DNA from: Calcarisporiella thermophila CBS 279.70
Lineage: Eukaryota; Fungi; Calcarisporiellomycota
Reading direction: 5' to 3'
Length of the DNA: 64,000 nt
Assembly (NCBI RefSeq): GCF_041956535.1
Contig: NW_027192211.1
Coordinates: forward strand, 303,516-367,515
Part shown: one piece after another, positions 60,414 through 64,000 of the stretch
How positions within the stretch are numbered: the first letter of the stretch is position 1
How the letters are laid out: each line of letters opens with the position of its first letter
The notes under the pieces: model-generated
Databases searched by the model: none
Told to the model about the DNA's origin: nothing
Seen by the model: only the letters and a program-made list of their open reading frames with translations
Program-made: the position numbers and the translations under genes

Positions 60414-61967
60414 TCAGTTTCTATTGTGTTGATGCTGTAGCAGAGGCTGCCGCTCCGCATTCCCTTCTCTGTCATCGCCTCGGTCCCGATTAGGGCTGCG
60501 GGGATCTCTTTCTGGCCTCCTCACCTCAATTTCGGTATACGTTGTTGATGAGGTTTCACTCCCTGTATCACTCCCGCTTCCAGCTGAATCGGAACCTATG
60601 GAGGCCTCGGATCCCTTGCCCCTCTCGCCACTTCGCCGCCGCAGCCACCAGCGTTGCACTCGGCCGCACCCTCCCAGCACATACGCAAAGCACCCGAAGA
60701 GGAGCGAGATGAACTCAAGCATGTCGCTGGCAAGCTCGCGTAGCGGATCCAGCAGCGACTTCCGCTGAGGCTCGAAGATCCGATCGGGCCGAAGGCGGTG
60801 GTTGGGGTCGATGACGGTGAGGATGCAGCAGAAAACGGTGAGCAGCGTTCCAAGAGAAGTCGTGGCCGACACCATAAACATGATGATCTGCTGGTACCGG
60901 GCGGCCATGATGGGAGGCGCCCCACTCATAATCTGCCCCGTCATCATGCCGGGAATCGCGACGAGGCCGATGATGGAAAGCTGATTGACGGTGGGAAGGA
61001 GGGCTAATCGGCGCATGCCAGCATGGTCAGTACACAAAAACGAAATCCCACCATCTCTAATTTGCTTCGCAAATTACCGTAGCGTAAGCTCTCCATCACC
61101 ACCATTCGCCCGGCCTCCCACCGGGATGCGCCGAAAGCCAGATAGATTTCCGTCTTCTCCATGTTGTCAGTGAGCTGGGTGAGGGACAAGTCGAGGGCGA
61201 GGGAAAGCCCGGTGATGCTGGGCCCGAGAAGAAGCCCCACGATGGGAATGAATGAGGTGGGCTGGAAGATGGGCTGCTGACCCATAGCAAACCGCGTTCC
61301 AAGGATGGCAATGGCAAGGCCACTGAAGCCCATTGACAGGATGACAATTGGAAACTGGCCAGGGAAAAAATGGTCAGTAACGTGCAAATATCTCGGCGAT
61401 ATTAAAGTGAGGCAATACCATGCCAACAAACCGCCTTTTAGTCTTGTTGAAAACCACCTCGCAGGCGCCCAAGAATACAAGAACCACTATTAGCGAAAAA
61501 AAAAAGGCATTTAGTTCCGTTGTGAGATAAAGGACGAGAGAGAAAGAGAGTGAAGGGAGAAAGAGAGCGTGAAAAGCAATACTCACCGGCCATTAGAAGA
61601 ACGATCAAAGGATTCTCGGTAGAGAATACATTTTCGAGGATAAGACCCTATCAAAACATGGCTAGATTGACAAGATGCAAGTATTCGCTTTCAATAATGG
61701 ACCATCATACCATCATCGTCAATTGCAGCACACATCTAATGGCTGCGACTAGTAGCATCTTCTCCAAATGAAGTTGAAAATAGAGTGAAACGGCCACTAA
61801 ACCCCATGGATCCAATTAGATTAATAAATCGCAAGTTGGAGACATCGCTTACCATTGACCAGAATGAATAGCGATGCAAAGCCTACATTCCACCAGGTCA
61901 AATTGACTAGGACATCATCCCCTCCTCCATCCCTGTTCTTCTCCTTGAGTAGAACAGATAAATCCAT
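60414..61967 (-). CDS. UPF0014 membrane protein (FetB/YbbM, plant STAR2/ALS3-like ABC permease), 6 exons
   Basis: AAIRCVLQLTMMGLIL; FIPIVGLLLG; EIYLAFGASRWEA; ALLPTVNQLSIIGLVAIPGMMTGQIMSGAPPIMAARYQQIIMF. Confidence 0.9.
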
Positions 61968-63246
61968 GCGAATTACTTGCCGTAGTTGGCAATCAAAAAA
62001 AGGCTAGGCACGTGGTAATGTCTGTAGGGAGAGGGATGCCTCGAGATGGTGGCAGCTTGGATAATGGAAAAAAAAAAGTGAGGAAAAGTAAAATACTTAT
62101 ATTTTACGGAGGGATAGGCGTGAACCTCTTTAAGTTATATTTGTTTGCGCCGACAACTCCGCCTATTCGAAAGAAAGTGTCGGTTATAGTCTGCCAGAAT
62201 CGGGATATTTCATTGAATACGGGGGGCATTCTTGGCCGACCTAACTACAAATAGGTTACTGCTTAATCATCTAATACTGTCGGACAAGCTGCAGGGCTTT
62301 CTACTAGAAAACATGCTTATATAAGTTCGACGTTTGTTATAGCATTCCGCGTCGATTCTTTTTTATGTAAAGCGGCGTGGCCTCGGTTTCTTCCATAGCA
62401 AACCCCCCCATCTCTAGGGTTCTCATAGGGCGGATAAGGGATATTACGTTTATAAAATAGGACTGTATTATTACTTATAGAGCGTGATGGATGCCGACCA
62501 AGTAAGATGCCAAGCCAAGTTACTCTGGACCACAGGGCTAAAAAACCCGCTGTTATTTTTGACCCGGTTCAAAATGCATAAATCCTCGGGCACTTGTCGG
62601 GTAATTCCTGCGGAGCAATAGGATTAGAAGGATGGTGGAAGAGGTTTTGAAGCTGATCCCATTCTCGAAATATTTCTCCATACCACTAGATACCAGGGCA
62701 TACGAGAAGATGGAGGTTTATTTGTCATCGAATGCATCCGATACTCTTTCAGCGTTAATATTAGATTAGGGTTGGATAAGCTTGGCTCGCTACGGACCGT
62801 TCGAATCAAGAGTTCACTACAGAGATCTCCTTGTTTAGTATTCCATCGGCTCCACTGATGGCAGCCTTGCATGCGTAAGCCCCAAGCTATGGAATGGTAA
62901 GCGAGGTTCAAACTCATTTCGACAGGGCAATCCGAAGGAAAGGCGGGAGGCAATTAGCTGGGGAAGGATCAAGGCCGACTAGCAAGGCCGAGATCCAGTC
63001 GAGGTCACTCCAATCGGCCGTCCAATGAGAAACAACTGGTGGCAAAGAGTGCTAAATTGCCCTACTCTCGTGACCGTGGAGCGGTCCTTTCCCCTCAATT
63101 TTATTTCCCTTCGCCCTATTCCAAAACGCAGCTGTTCGTGTTCCCTCTAGATGAGTTTATAAAGGACAAGGTTGCTTATCGAGAAGAGGAAGGACACCTT
63201 TTTTTCTCACACAGTATATCCGGTGTTTCTGGCAATGACCAAAAGG

Positions 63247-64000
63247 ATGACGTTGTCAGCTCTATGCCTTCTTCTCATATTAGGTGTTTGTTCATCGGTC
63301 CCACTTTTGTCTCGTGACGAGACGCCCAATATGTTCCCTAGGGTAAACGACGCAAAAACCGCTTTTATTGTTAATGGAGAGCCATGGCTCATGGTGGGCG
63401 CTAATTTCTGGCAAGGTATTTAAATACGGCTCAATCAGATGAGTGGCCATGTTTGAAATTTTCCATATGAATCCCTCATATTAGCTATGAACTTGGGTGC
63501 CGTTGATGAGGCCAATGGAAATCGCGCCGTCTTGCTTCAAAATCTCAAGGACATGCAGGCCTTAGGAATCAATCACCTGCGCATCATGGCCGCTTCGGAA
63601 GGGCCTGACGACCAGCCAGCTCGAATGATCCCCTCACTGATGCCATCTCCTGGGAAGTATAATACCCAAGTGTTTGAAGGGCTGGACTATGCGCTGGATG
63701 TGATATCCAAGCACAATTTCACGGTAACGATGCAGTTGAACAACTTTTGGTCATGGAGCGGGGGAATGGCCCAGTATGTGAATTGGGCCACGGGAAACAA
63801 AACTCAAATCCCATACCCTCCCCAGTGGCCGGACTTCAAGGGCGGTGACTATGTAAGGATTTCGTCCGAGTATGGCTGTTTTCCCTGGTTGCCTATCTCG
63901 TCTCTTGCTCTTCTTTAGGCAACCTTTACCAGATATGCTGCTCGCTTCTACAACGATCCTGCCATCTATGATGAATGCCAACGTATTTGGCGGGAGCATA
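63247..64000 (+). CDS. Secreted GH5 (subfamily 7-like) beta-mannanase/mannosidase, truncated by the window end
   Basis: Signal peptide MTLSALCLLLILGVCSS; GANFWQAMNLGA; GINHLRIMAASEGP; GKYNTQVFEGLDYAL; LNNFWSWSGGMAQYVNWA. Confidence 0.88.

Noticed and set aside
1-64000. CRISPR arrays, rRNA, snRNAs, intact transposons, TGA-CTA readthrough to PTS1
   Set aside because: None was recognised by eye, and none of the stop contexts I checked had TGA-CTA. A covariance-model search could still find ncRNAs I missed.

Overview
Gene-dense eukaryotic nuclear DNA with many short (about 50-190 nt) spliceosomal introns. It is almost certainly fungal (APSES/StuA, Dbf2/Sid2, Ran1/Pat1, Num1/Mcp5-type PH, QCR10). 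It is most likely an early-diverging lineage such as Mucoromycota or Zoopagomycota, because it also retains SNAPC3, WDR7 and an animal-like perilipin; the taxon is inferred, not proven. I reconstructed about 24 intron-containing or single-exon protein genes by hand-splicing and found 2 tRNAs (Phe-GAA, Leu-CAG). I found no supportable transposon, rRNA or CRISPR array. The most notable observations: (1) the OTU1/YOD1 deubiquitinase reading frame is restored only by a 1-nucleotide micro-exon (G10346) between two normal-sized introns; (2) this OTU1 lacks room for the N-terminal UBX-like domain and sits head-to-head about 220 bp from NOT3/5; (3) an unannotated 3-exon, 92-aa gene carries an RVxF PP1-docking motif; (4) RPS26 intron 1 holds a strand-specific, G-U-rich multi-stem RNA structure; (5) there are unusual domain architectures (degenerate SH3 protein; Sds3 + (EP)n + AT-hook). 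All product calls come from recognising motifs by eye; no database searches were run.
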